Shown here: one piece after another, positions 23,301-35,859 of the stretch
Numbering within the stretch: the stretch's first letter is position 1
Layout of the letters: each line of letters starts with the position of its first letter
From: Macrostomum hystrix
Taxonomy: Eukaryota; Animalia; Platyhelminthes
DNA length: 64,000 nucleotides
Direction: 5' to 3'
Assembly (NCBI GenBank): GCA_950097015.1
Contig: CATNEN010000032.1
Span: forward strand, 248,001 to 312,000
Position numbers and translations under genes: made by a program
Notes under the pieces: generated by a model
Databases searched by the model: none
What the model saw: only the letters and a program-made list of their open reading frames with translations
What the model was told of the DNA's origin: nothing

Positions 23301-26300
23301 GAAGAGAGGAGAGAGGAGAGAAGAGAGGAGAGAGGAGAGAAGAGAGAAGAGAGGAGAGAAGAGAGGAGAGAAGAGAAGAGAGAAGAGAGAAGAGAGGAGA
23401 GAGGAGAGAAGAGAGGAGAGAGGAGAGAGGAGAGAAGAGAGGAGAGGAGAGAAGAGAGGAGAGAAGAGAGGAGAGAAGAGAGGAGAGAAGAGAGGAGAGA
23501 AGAGAGGAGATAGGAGAGAAGAGAGGAGAGAGGAGAGAAGAGAGAAGAGAGGAGAGAGGAGAGAAGAGAGGAGAGAGGAGAGAAGAGAGAAGAGAGGAGA
23601 GAGGAGAGAAGAGAGGAGAGAGGAGAGAAGAGAGAAGAGAGGAGAGAGGAGAGAAGAGAGGAGAGAAGAGAGAAGAGAGGAGAGAAGAGAGAAGAGAGGA
23701 GAGAGGAGAGAAGAGAGGAGAGAGGAGAGAAGAGAGGAGAGAGGAGAGAGGAGAGAAGAGAGGAGAGAAGAGAGAAGAGAGGAGAGAAGAGAGAAGAGAG
23801 GAGAGAGGAGAGAAGAGAGGAGAGAAGAGAGAAGAGAGGAGAGAAGAGAGAAGAGAGGAGAGAGGAGAGAAGAGAGGAGAGAGGAGAGACAAAAGAGCTG
23901 CAACTATAGAAATCAGGCTATAAATGAGCTCAAAGAAAAAGTCGTAAAGGATGACGGCAATATAGGTAAAACAAACAAGGTCGTTAGACAAAAGGCATGT
24001 CTATTCAATATTTTTAGCAGCCTGGTTCCCACTAAGCACTGATGTATGTTGCTAGGGCTGTCTCTGATGCACATTGTATGAATGGGCTGATGTTGCAAAG
24101 TAGTAGTAGTTAGGTCATTTGTAAAATGGCTACTAGAACTTCACAGAAGGAGCGGGAGAATGACAAACTTCTGTGACTGGGATTGCACTTTAAAATAGAT
24201 TGCAGTGTCACTAGACTGTGCTGAACATCGAAAATTCAAATGAAGTAGACAATGTAGAGGAGTGGAACGGGTAAAGCCTGGGAGACATTAGATACTGAAG
24301 GGTAGAACCTGGTAGAAAGGGGTCCTGAAGGGTAGAACCTGGGAAAGATAAGGTTCTAAGGGAAGTTAAATATTGGGAAAATGAAAGCCTTATGTTCTCA
24401 CCAGCCTTGCGGAATCCAGTCTATTTTTAGTTCATAGAGCAGACATTTTGTAAATTATTTGTCACAGATGGCGGTTGAGGGAACTTGGAAACAGTAAAGC
24501 TGCATTCACATTCTGTGAATACTCAATTTATTCCTTAACAGACCTTGTGTGCCAAGGCTGGATTTAGGGCAGAAAATTTTTTTGAAAAAAAACTGAAAAA
24601 TACATTAACAGAATGGACTGTTTCAAGCCATTTTAATAAGGGAGGCATGGCAGGGAATAGAAGGATTGTGAATAGAAGGATTGTGAATAGAAGGATTGGG
24701 AATTGAAGGATTGGGAATAGAAGGATTGGGAATTGAAGGATTGGGAATTAAAGGATTGGGAATAGAAGGATTGGGAATTAAAGGATTGGGAATAGAAGGA
24801 TTGGGAATTAAAGGATTGGGAATAGAAGGATTAAGAATAGAAGGATTGGGAATAGAAGGATTGGGAATTGAAGGATTGGGAATAGAAGGATTAAGAATAG
24901 AAGGATTGGGAATAGAAGGATTGGGAATAGAAGGATTGAGAATAGAATGATTGAGAATGGAATGATTGGGAATAGAAGGATTGGGAATAGAAGGATTTGG
25001 AAAAGAAGGATTGGGAATAGGAGGATTTGGGAATAGAAGGATTAAGAATAGAAGGATTGGGAATAGAAGGATTGGGAATAGAAGGATTGGGAATAGAAGG
25101 ATTGGGAATAGAAGGATTGGGGATAGAAGGATTGGGAATAGAAGGATTGGGAATAAGAGGATTGGGAATAGAAGGATTAAGAATAGAAGGACTGGGAATA
25201 GAAGGATTGGGAATAGAAGGATTGGGAATAGAAGGATTGGGAATAGAAGGATTGGGGATAGAAGGATTGGGAATAGAAGGATTGGGAATAAGAGGATTGG
25301 GAATAGAAGGATTAAGAATAGAAGGACTGGGAATAGAAGGATTGGGAATAGAAGGATTGGGAATAGAAGGATTGGGAATAGAGGATCGGGAATAGATGAA
25401 TCGGGAATGGGGATTGAAAATGGAATCCACTTTTTTACTACTTGCAAGTAAGTAAACCAGTTCATATTCACGCATCCTTACTGAAAGTAGTGTAGTAGCA
25501 ATTTTAGTATGTGTTCTTTTATTGTGTCAAATCCCGTCGGCATTTGAAACGCGCGCTGCTCACACAAAATTGCAGCCGCCGACATCCTTCGTTCAACCGG
25601 GCCTCTGTTCCTCACTGATTTGTTTCGGGACTTCCTGGGCCAGCCGGCCCGGAACATCCGGGGCCTGCGCTACATGTCGCCTGAGGTGTTCTCCCCACTG
25701 ATGGACACGCCGGACCACTTCAGGGGATCCTGCGGTGAGGAGGGCTGGAACCACCATTGAATCCGTAGCTGCCGACCCTCTATGACCAGAGGAATAGCTA
25801 CAAAGCCTCTATGACCAGAGGAATAGCTACAAAGCCTCTATGACCAGAGGAATGGCTACAAAGCCTCTATGACCAGAGGAATAGCTACAAAGCCTCTATG
25901 ACCAGAGGAATAGCTACAAAACCTCTATGACCAGAAGAATGGCTACAAAGCCTCTATGACCAGAGGAATAGCTACAAAGCCTCTATGACCAGAGGAATAG
26001 CTACAAAGCCTCTATGACCAGAGGAATAGCTACAAAGCCTCTATGACCAGAGGAATAGCTACAAAGCCTCTATGAGCAGAGGAATAGCTACAAAGCCTCT
26101 ATGACCAGAGGAATAGCTACAAAGCCTCTATGACCAGAGGAATAGCTACAAAGCCTCTATGACCAGAGGAATAGCTACAAAGCCTCTATGACCAGAGGAA
26201 TAGCTACAAAGCCTCTATGACCAGAGGAATAGCTACAAAACCTCTATGACTAGAGGAATATCTATAAAGCCTCTATGACCAGAGGAATAGCTACAAAGCC

Positions 26301-28221
26301 TCTATGACCAGAGGAATAGCTACAAAGCCTCTATGACCAGAGGAATAGCTACAAAGCCTCTATGACCAGAAGAATGGCTACAAAGCCTCTATGACCAGAG
26401 GAATAGCTACAAAGCCTCTATGACCAGAGGAATAGCTACAAAGCCTCTATGAGCAGAGGAATAGCTACAAAACCTCTATGACCAGAGGAATAGCTACAAA
26501 GCCTCTATGACCAGAGGAATAGCTACAAAGCCTCTATGACCAGAGGAATAGCTACAAAACCTCTATGACCAGAAGAATAGCTACAAAACCTCTATGACTA
26601 GAGGAATATCTATAAAGCCTCTATGACCAGAGGAATAGCTACAAAGCCTCTATGAGCAGAGGAATAGCTACAAAGCCTCTATGACCAGAGGAATAGCTAC
26701 AAAACCTCTATGACCAGAAGAATAGCTACAAAACCTCTATGACTAGAGGAATATCTATAAAGCCTCTATGACCAGAGGAATAGCTACAAAACCTCTATGA
26801 CCAGAGGAATAGCTACAAAGCCTCTATGACCAGAGGAATAGCTACAAAACCTCTATGACCAGAAGAATAGCTACAAAACCTCTATGACCAGAGGAATAGC
26901 TACAAAGCCTCTATGACCAGAGGAATAGCTACAAAACCTCTATGACCAGAGGAATAGCTACAAAACCTCTATGACCAGAGGAATAGCTACAAAACCTCTA
27001 TGACCAGAGGAATAGCTACAAAGCCTCTATGACCAGAAGAATGGCTACAAAGCCTCTATGACCAGAGGAATAGCTACAAAGCCTCTATGACCAGAGGAAT
27101 AGCTACAAAGCCTCTATGACCAGAGGAATAGCTACAAAGCCTCTATGACCAGAGGAATATCTATAAAGCCTCTATGACCAGATGGATAGCTACAAAACCT
27201 CTATGACCAGAGGAATAGCTACAAAGCCTCTATGACCAGAGGAATAGCTACAAAGCCTCTATGACCAGAGGAATAGCTACAAAACCTCTATGACTAGAGG
27301 AATATCTATAAAGCCTCTATGACCAGAGGAATAGCTACAAAGCCTCTATGACCAGAGGAATAGCTACAAAGCCTCTATGAGCAGAGGAATAGCTACAAAG
27401 CCTCTATGACCAGAGGAATAGCTACAAAGCCTCTATGACCAGAGGAATAGCTACAAAGCCTCTATGACCAGAGGAATAGCTACAAAGCCTCTATGACCAG
27501 AGGAATCGCTACAAAGCCTCTATGACCAGAGGAATAGCTACAAAGCCTCTATGACCAGAGGAATAGCTACAAAACCTCTATGACCAGAGGAATAGCTACA
27601 AAACCTCTATGACCAGAGGAATAGCTACAAAGCCTCTATGACCAGAAGAATGGCTACAAAGCCTCTATGACCAGAGGAATAGCTACAAAGCCTCTATGAC
27701 CAGAGGAATATCTACAAAGCCTCTATGACCAGAGGAATAGCTACAAAGCCTCTATGACCAGAGGAATAGCTACAAAGCCTCTATGACCAGAGGAATAGCT
27801 ACAAAGCCTCTATGACCAGAGGAATAGCTACAAAGCCTCTATGACCAGAGGAATCGCTACAAAGCCTCTATGACCAGAGGAATAGCTACAAAGCCTCTAT
27901 GAGCAGAAGTGCATCTTACCCGCAGATCGGTGGAAGCGGTTGCCGGGCTATTTTCAAATGCACCGCAGGTTCAGGCTGCGCATGGAGTCCTGCCGCTCCC
28001 TGCAGGCGGCAAACTTCGGCCAGAGCGAAGACCGCTGGCTGACCAATAACACGGTAGCTGTGCACCGCTTCATGCACCTTGGCTACCTGGATCCAGCCAA
28101 GCGCCGAATGCCAAGATTTGATCTGGCGAAGGTGGCGCCCGAGGTTCGAGTCCTGCGTTACAAAACTGACGCCGCGGAAATTGAGCGACTGTCCAACACG
28201 TGTTACCAGCGTCCGAACTAA
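20350..28221 (+). CDS. GT32-family DXD glycosyltransferase (Gly_transf_sug; SUR1/OCH1/alpha-1,4-GT-like), type II membrane, ~415 aa; exons 20350-20593, 21255-21596, 22376-22582, 25576-25734, 27926-28221
   Basis: N-terminal TM segment ([15 protein letters not shown]), then [30 protein letters not shown]|GIYADMDV (DXD), [22 protein letters not shown] and AVHRF. All four introns are GT-AG phase 1; total 1248 nt is in frame. Confidence 0.88.
20798..21182. repeat. Two-copy ~220-bp tandem duplication, GT32 intron 1
   Basis: GGAGAATGGATGTACATTGAAAATTC.GGCGGTCCGTATTGGATGACGACGCCGGCCAA occurs at ~20820 and ~21040. Confidence 0.85.
21641..22355. repeat. Minisatellite, 15-bp unit GACATGACCCGACCT, ~47 copies, GT32 intron 2
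   Basis: Directly visible tandem array. Confidence 0.97.
22630..23890. repeat. ~1.26-kb homopurine (AGAGG/AGAGA) satellite, GT32 intron 3
   Basis: Almost exclusively A/G on the + strand. Confidence 0.97.
24653..25410. repeat. Minisatellite, 15-bp unit GGAATAGAAGGATTG, GT32 intron 3
   Basis: Directly visible tandem array. Confidence 0.95.
25778..27906. repeat. Minisatellite, 29-bp unit CTATGACCAGAGGAATAGCTACAAAGCCT, ~73 copies, GT32 intron 4
   Basis: Directly visible; fills nearly the whole intron. Confidence 0.97.
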
Positions 28222-28591
28222 TAGAACCGCCGTCCGGCCAGGTTCTTGTCTTCACTGTGCCTTAACTTCGTTTAGGCTATGCCGATGTCTAGTTCAATTC
28301 CTGACCAACTGCTTTTTCTATTTGCTTTTTACCTGTTTCAATATTTCAATTTCTAGCCACAAAGTCTCCTTAGCCTTTGAATCTCCTTAGTCCTAACTTT
28401 CTGCCCACTCTCCCATATCTCTCCCATACATGGTTTTTGTGATTTGGCTTTTAAAATTAGATATAATTAATCATATGAAAATAAACGTATTTCTTTCACT
28501 TAACAGAAAGTAACAAATATTAAACAATTATTAAGAGAAATCTCAATAAACAATTAGCAGCAATTATCTCATTCTATCTCTGCACTAAAAT

Positions 28592-28815
28592 GGTGAGTGG
28601 GAGAGCGGTCTAACACGTTTGTCTCTCGCACCAAGGTCCCTGAGTTCGATTCCGCGGCGAGGCCAGATTCAGGCTTGGGGGCTTGTCGTGCAATTTAAGC
28701 CCAGCCCAGCCCAATAAGTTAAGTCCAACCTCTAAGGCACAGTGACGATGAGAAAGTCAGGGCAGATGTACACACCTGTGTCAGCGTGTGCCTGCGTGCG
28801 TGTGTGTTCTCAAGA
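28592..28815 (+). mobile_element. tRNA-derived SINE-like element (Pol III A/B boxes)
   Basis: A-box-like TGGGAGAGCGGTCTAA (~28598) and B-box-like GAGTTCGATTCC (28642-28653). The stems do not close into a cloverleaf; GT-rich tail near 28790-28810. The 3' boundary is uncertain. Confidence 0.5.
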
Positions 28816-29300
28816 GTGTTTGCAATTATCTCATAGCGAAAAATGAGTTGAATCCTTGTTTATATATATGTATATTTAATATTTAAAAAGTGTTTAGTAA
28901 GCCTCTTCTACCACTTGAGCAAGTGTTAGATTGTAAGATTCTACGAGTATTTATATAGAATCCGGATGTTCAAAATTTGATTATAGCTCGTACTTATTCT
29001 TATTTTGTCGCACTACTCACTAGGTATAGTAGTATATCCGGAATTCTGTGAATTCTCAAGGCACTAATTAGACTGGACTAAAAAAGCACTAAAAACATAG
29101 GAAAAATAGCAAACATCCGCAAGTCTAAGTTTACCAGACAGATATATAATGCCTGCTCGGTACTGCAGTAATTACGCTTAAAATAAACGACCATAACAGC
29201 AATAAGCTATTCGACCTGGCAACTGATAATTCAATCCATATAATGTAAGTTGACTATACATTAACACTGCCTGACCTGTTTAAGCCGCAATTGCTGATCT

Positions 29301-31990
29301 TGTTGTTGTTGTTGTTGTTGTTTTGTTGTTGTTGTTGTTGTTGTCGTTGTTGTTGTTGTTATTGTTGTGGGCTCGGTAGCTGGAATCGTCATTGTCGGGT
29401 GTTTGTCCGGCGTACGAATTCGTCCAGGATGATGCGGCACTCCGCTGGGCTGCTGCTCATATCCGCAAACGCAGTGATGCCGTTGATGCTCCTGATGTTG
29501 TTTAGGGCCTGGCAGTCCAGCAAGATATGTTCGATGTCTTCCGTCTGCTCAGCGCAGAGACGACAGGTGAGGCTGTCAGGCAGGCCGCAGCTGCAGCGAG
29601 TGACCTGTGCGGAGACGGATTTACTGGACGGTCTCACGCCTGGAACAGCTGGCCATTGGCTGCCTGTTGATAGTGTGCTCTCCGTAGGTCTCTTCGGACC
29701 GTTTGTGGGTCCAGGTGTGGTCTGCCAGCGTTCTGCGCAGGGCGTTGGTTGCCGCCTGGTGCGTCCACTGCCACGTGGAGCTGGCCTGGTCTATCGAGCT
29801 GCCTTCTTTGGCGAGGGCGTCCGCAGCCTCGTTACCCGGCAGTCCGCAGTGCCCTGGGACCCACACCAGGCTAATCTTGCCACCAATGATATTCCAGCTG
29901 CGGGCAATGCTGGTCGCGAGCGGGTCGTTTCATCGCGCTTGCCGCCTGGCGATCGTTGCTAAGGCTGCCACGCTATCACACGCAATGGTAGCGGTGCTTC
30001 AGCCCTCCGTTCTGGCCAGCCATTTAAGCGCGTCGTCTATGGCGACCAGTTCGGCTTGCGTGGAGGAGCATTCGATTCCGGCGGGACGGCAGCTGCTGCC
30101 GATTTCGTTGTTTCCTCGGTCGAACGCGATCCAGCCCGCACCTCCTTTTTTGTCGGCCGTCGTGGATCCGTCCGTGAACAGCGTGACGTCAGTTGGCTTG
30201 TCCTTGAGCCTCTTCTCGGCTTCCTGCCAGTTGGCTTGGGCATTGTCAAACTTGTGGATGGAGTTGCGGTCGAGCTCCAGCGGCTGGTTGGTTGACCATG
30301 GAGGTGGTGGAAAGTCGATACTGTTTTTGACCTCGGTGTTGGTTGGATGTGGGAGGTTAGCAGGCCAGTTGCCATGGCACCATCCTCGCCACGATGGGCG
30401 CCGGAGACGTGGCTGCAGGGTGCTTCTGGCTGCTTTGCTGCGGTTGGTTTCCGGTTCGAGCCTGAAGTACTTGTCGTAGCGGGTGAGAGCGTCGAGCTTT
30501 CCCCGGCTCGCGATAATTGTCAAGCCGGTTTCGGCGAGGAGGGCTTCGGCCGGTGTGCTGGCGAGTGCCCCACTGATGATGCGCGCCGCGGCGCGCTGGC
30601 AGCGCTCGAGCTTTTCGATTTGGGTTGGTGCCGCCCAGGGCATCTAGGCCGCTGCGATGTACTCGAGCACCGGTCTAATGAGGGCGAGATAGGCGACGCG
30701 GATTGTGCTGTCGTCCATGCCCCATTCCGGGCCACCGATGCGCCTGAGCAGGTGTAGTCTTTGCCTGGTCTTCTGGACGCATTTCCGGATGTGCTCCGCG
30801 AAGGTTAGGCAGCGGTCGTACGTTACTCCGAGGAAGCACGGGTGCGGGTTCGCGCGGAGTTGCGTACCGTTGAGGTAAAGCTCCGGGACAGCCGAGGCGT
30901 CGCTGGGGTTCATGGAGAAGACTCCAACTTCGCATTCGTCCGGGTTGAGGCGGAGGAGCCATCTGTTGCTCCATTTGGCGACTCCATCAAGCGCTGTCTG
31001 GAGTTTGCGCTGAGCTTCTCTGATGCTCCTGCCTTGGCTCCAGATGGCGAGGTCGTCTGCGAACAGGCTGAAGGCGACATCTCCCGGTATGGCACTCCGG
31101 ATGTCGTTGATGTAGATGAGGAACGGGAGGGGGATAGCACGCCCCCCTGGGGAAGGCCCTGCTTGATGGTGACGTGCGCGCCTGTCTCTTGGCCCAGTCT
31201 GACCCATTCCCGGCGGTTTGCCAGCCAGCTTTGGATCCAACGGATGAGGCGGGCGTCGATGCCTAGGCTGTGCATTTTACTCAGCAGGCCCGCTCGCCCC
31301 ACCGTATCGTAGGCTTTGGCGTAGTCAAGCGTAAGCAGCAGCGTTTTAAGCCTAAGCTGGAAGCCGTCGCTAATGGCTTGGCTGAGGAGCAGCGCCTGAT
31401 CCATGGTGGCGCGTCCGCTGCGGAATCCGGCTTGCTCGTCTATGATGAGACTACGGAGCACGAAGCACGAACTTGAGGCGGTTGGCGAGAATTCGTTCAA
31501 ACCATTTTCTGATAGCTGAGGTCAGGCAGATAGGGCGGTAGGTTGGGATCAGCTCCGGGTCTGCCCCCCTGTTTAAGCAGCGGGATGATTTCGCCCTTCC
31601 TCCAGTTCTGCGGCACGTCGGTTTCAGTCCAAGATCGTTGGAATAGGCTGTGGAAGGTTGTTATGGCACACTGTGGTAGTTCTTTGAGGAGGCGCGGGTG
31701 GATCCTGTCCGGCCCAGGCGCTTTGGTGCCGACCAGATCGTTGAGCGCTGTAACGGTTTCCCCCATGGTGAGCTCGCGGCCTTCAGGTTAGGAGCTTTCC
31801 TCAGTGCGCGGTTGAGCTCCTTGCGCTGCCGGCGGAGCTCTTTGTTGATGGTAAGGTTGCTGACTTCGGCGTAGGTCTGGGCAAAGGCTTTGCTGGCCTG
31901 GCTGATGTTCTGCCTGCCCATATGGGATATGACCTCAGTCGGCGCGCTCTGGCGGGCTCCCCCCTGCGCCTGTTGTTGTCGTCTATGGCC
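29301..31990 (-). mobile_element. 5'-truncated, decayed non-LTR retrotransposon (RT + RNase H + C-terminal CCHC; I-group-like) with (CAA)n tail
   Basis: RT: KAPGPDRI, QAGFRSGR, LDYAKAYDTV, GLPQG, LFADDLAIW. RNase H: LFTDGS, STQAEL, WVPGHCGLPGNEAADALAKEG. C-terminal CRLC..EDIEHILLDC. (TTG)n at 29301-29368. Several frameshifts and in-frame stops (e.g. TAG at 30644-30646). Confidence 0.93.
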
Positions 31991-32791
31991 AAACCCTAGT
32001 TACGATTCACAAAGTGCAGATATTTTATGGACTGGACGCCCCCATGGATTTGGAATGTGTCACCATAGATTCGGAATGTTTCACCAGAATTGGAATGTGT
32101 CGCCATAGATTTGGATTGTGTCAAAATAGGTGTGGGGGTTGCCATTTTGGCTTTGCTAACTCAGTGGTCGAGGTGAATATATTGTATTGATGCTGAGCTG
32201 CTGAGCATGCCATTTTGCAGTTATTTTACTGTAAGGTGTTTTTGCTGGTGGTGTGAGCGCGAGCCTGCTCACTTGAATACGCTCGTATATTGCCTGGATG
32301 TCGCCAGGCAATACACAAACACTTTTCAAAAAGTGCATCGTCGAGTGCTTTCTTTTGTACTCAGAGATAGACAGAGAGAGAAAAGAGAGAAAGAGAAGGA
32401 CGCCAGTGTGTCAGATGTGTACACTGAGCTGAGCACTTTACTCTACAATGCTGCAGTACAGATGTTAGAATAATACCTCAGCCCTCAAAACCGTCTGACT
32501 GTGTTGCTAGGCAAGCATTTCCAAGAAATTCATCCCCCGAGTAGCTCTGCTGCACTTTTAATTTAATAAACAGTCCTCGCCACAGTGCAAATCCCATGTA
32601 CTTTTTGTGGGTTGGGATTCTCAGTAAAGTGTAAGATTTCCAAGAAATCTTAGTTGCGACCCTGGGTGGCTAAGGGATTTCTCATTAAAGCTTTCAAATT
32701 ATTAATGGATTATTAAATATGACTGTGAAAAACTCTGTTTCATAAAAATCATTATAGTGCATAATCAGATGCTAATTGTTATTGTTCAAGA

Positions 32792-33418
32792 AATCGAAGC
32801 TAGAATCGAATCTAGAATCGAAGCTAAAATAAAGCTAGAGTCGAAGCTAGAATCGAATCTAGAATCGAAGCTAGAATCGAAGCTAGAATCGAAGCTAGAA
32901 TCGAATCTAGAATCGAAGCTAAAATAAAGCTAGAGTCGAAGCTAGAATCGAATCTAGAATCGAAGCTAGAATCGAAGCTAGAATCGAAGCTAGAATCGAA
33001 TCTAGAATCGAAGCTAGAATCGAAGCTAGAATCGAAGCTAGAATTGAATCTAGAATCGAAGCTAAAATAAAGCTAGAATCAAAGCTAGAATCGAAGCTAG
33101 AATCGAAGCTAGAATCGAAGCTAGAATCGAAGCTAGAATCGAAGCTAGAATCAAAGCTAGAATCGAAGCTAGAATTGAAGCTAAATCGAATCTAGAATCG
33201 AAGCTAGAATCGAAGCTAGAGTCGAATCTAGAATCGAAGCTAGAATTGAAGCTAAATCGAATCTAGAATCGAAGCTAGAATAAAGCTAGAGTCGAAGCTA
33301 GAATCAAAGCTAGAATAGAATCTAGTATAGAAGCTAGATAGCATTGAAGACAGAATCGAAGCTATAATCGTTGCAAAAACCGAATTTAGAACCGCAACTG
33401 GAATCGAAGCTAGAATCG
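32792..33418. repeat. Minisatellite, 12-bp unit TAGAATCGAAGC, upstream of TNF-like gene 1
   Basis: Directly visible tandem array. Confidence 0.95.
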
Positions 33419-33508
33419 TAGCAAAAAAATTTATTCTATCGGAGCGAAACAGCTGATAATGATTTTGGAACTAAACGAATTTCTTTTAGATCCAACTAAA
33501 TCAAAAGC

Positions 33509-35393
33509 ATGCCGGACAGCGAAGGGACCAGTCTGAGCCAATCAGAATGCCAGGCTGATGAGGCGATGGATTACCGCAAGTATAGAAAGTTTGGCACCTC
33601 AGAGAAGAAGCACCATCGGTTCTGGACTTCGCTGTTGCTTTTTTTATGCGCTGTCTTGGTTGCTATGACCTCGCTGCTTTCGGTCTGGTGGCTCAGGCAC
33701 CGAGTGTTGGTGAGATGAACCCCCATCAGAACCATGGTGTGGAACCCATAGACAACCATCAGAACCATGGTGTGGAACCCATAGACAACCATCAGAACCA
33801 TGGTGTGGAACCCATAGACAACCATCAGAACCATGGTGTGGAACCCATAGACAACCACCAGAACCATGGTGTGGAACCCATAGACAACCATCAGAACCAT
33901 GGTGTGGAACCCATAGACAACCACCAGAACCATGGTGTGGAACCCATAGACAACCACCAGAACCATGGTGTGGAACCCATAGACAACCATCAGAACCATG
34001 GTGTGGAACCCATAGACAACCACCAGAACCATGGTGTGGAACCCATAGACAACCACCAGAACCATGGTGTGGAACCCATAGACAACCATCAGAACCATGG
34101 TGTGGAACCCATAGACAACCACCAGAACCATGGTGTGGAACCCATAGACAACCACCAGAACCATGGTGTGGAACCCATAGACAACCACCAGAACCATGGT
34201 GTGGAACCCATAGACAACCACCAGAACCATGGTGTGGAACCCATAGACAACCATCAGAACCATTGTGTGGAACCCATAGACAACCACCAGAACCATTGTG
34301 TGGAACGCATAGACAACCACCAGAACCATGGTGTGGAACCCATAGACAACCACCAGAACATGGTGGAACCCATAGACAACCACCAGAACCATGGTGTGGA
34401 ACCCATAGACAACCACCAGAACCATGGTGTGGAACCCATAGACAACCACCAGAACATGGTGGAACCCATAGACAACCACCAGAACCATGGTGTGGAACCC
34501 ATAGACAACCATCAGAACCATGGTGTGGAACCCATAGACAACCACCAGAACCAGGTTGTGGACTTGACAAAATACTCGTAACTCCTTCAAACAAGCAAGA
34601 TTTCGTTCAGTTTCTTGACGCGCAATTTCGAATCCAGGTTACACTGGCCAGTGCCAGCTACTCAGTTGAATTCGGCATAGACTCAGCCGCTATGAAACAA
34701 TGCGTTTCGGACAAGGACGGCATGCTAGTCAGCGACTTTTCTAGCTATCAGGATTCGTGCTTGAAGCCGTACGGAAACGGATCCTTAGCCATGGTTGCCG
34801 GGCGTGAGTTTGGGATTCGAAAACAGAGCGAGATTAGAAATATAGGAGATTAAGTCAGACTTTAGTCCAAAAGAGAGAAAAGAACAAAGAGCACTTGATT
34901 GAGACGCTAATAGGTCAGTTAGAAACATAATTCCCATCAAATCCTTAACATTCCTACTCCAGTGGGCCAGCCGCTTATTCCTCTGAAACCTGTGTGGTCA
35001 GCTGAGCCGCATTCGTTGAAACATTTCAACCCGTCCGTCAATCCGGAGGGCCCGAAGAATGAGCTAACTATCGCCCTCCCCGGCCTCTACCATCTGGACG
35101 GTCAGGTGACCTTCGTAGAGCCCGACCTGGAAGCCAGCGTCAAGGCCTCCCTGCAGCTGAATGGTGTCTGCATGGCCCACTGCTACCAGTTCTCGCCTTC
35201 GGGCATCTCGACGGACTCCGCCTCCCTGCTGTCCTGCCCGATCTCAACGGTGCGCCGTCTGGCACCTGGAGCTCGGATCGGCATCAGCGCCGGGTCCCTG
35301 CTGCGGCTGGCGGGCGACCCAAGGCTCACCTACCTGAGGGTGACCCGGCTGCTGACCCCAGCTGCTAGAAGACTCATTGGTGCGAACAATTGA
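33509..35393 (+). CDS. TNF-superfamily ligand-like protein 1 (type II membrane); exons 33509-33709, 34611 (alt. 34639)-34803, 34963-35393
   Basis: Cytoplasmic N-terminus, then TM (FWTSLLLFLCAVLVAMTSLLSVWWL), stalk and a C-terminal TNF homology domain: LKPVW, ELTIALPGLYHLDGQVTF, AHCYQ...SCPISTVRRLAPGARIGI, TYLRVTRL. The exon-2 acceptor is inferred from phase. Confidence 0.75.
33724..34553. repeat. Minisatellite, 33-bp unit ACCA(T/C)CAGAACCATGGTGTGGAACCCATAGACA, ~25 copies, TNF1 intron 1
   Basis: Directly visible tandem array. Confidence 0.97.
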
Positions 35394-35859
35394 TCGATAA
35401 ATGGCTTTGATTGATCGATATATCCAAAAAATCAAGTGAGATTCGATCGATACGAGTAGAAAGACCACTAAATTTTGCAGCTAAATTGGAACAAATATTT
35501 AAACCTGATTATGCCTGTAGCCGCATGCTTTTGAATGCAGCTATCGCCACAATCTCATCTGTCATGTGGATTGCTACGAGCTATTTCGATTTGTCAAGCA
35601 AACCAATGATTGTTTGCTAATCGACTGTGACTATAGGCCAATGTCACAACGTCATCGCCTTCATTCGATTAAAATTGCGTATGCAACAAAAACATTTAGC
35701 TTATTTCAGCATAAAATATACACAGCCCACGATAACAAAAATCTAGAAATCTCACCTGAGAACGGATCGTTGTTTACTTTTTAAGGCGTTACACTTCTAA
35801 ACCATAGATTTGTGTTGTGTTGCATCTGTGTTCAAAAGGTGATAGATTTAAGAAAAAAG

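Noticed and set aside
21597-25475. Long repeat-peptide ORFs (DMTRP, ERREE, SLLSS, IEGLG, PNPSI)
   Set aside because: Translation artefacts of stop-free satellites inside phase-consistent GT32 introns.
28592-28666. Functional tRNA gene
   Set aside because: The acceptor, anticodon and T stems do not pair; treated as a SINE head.
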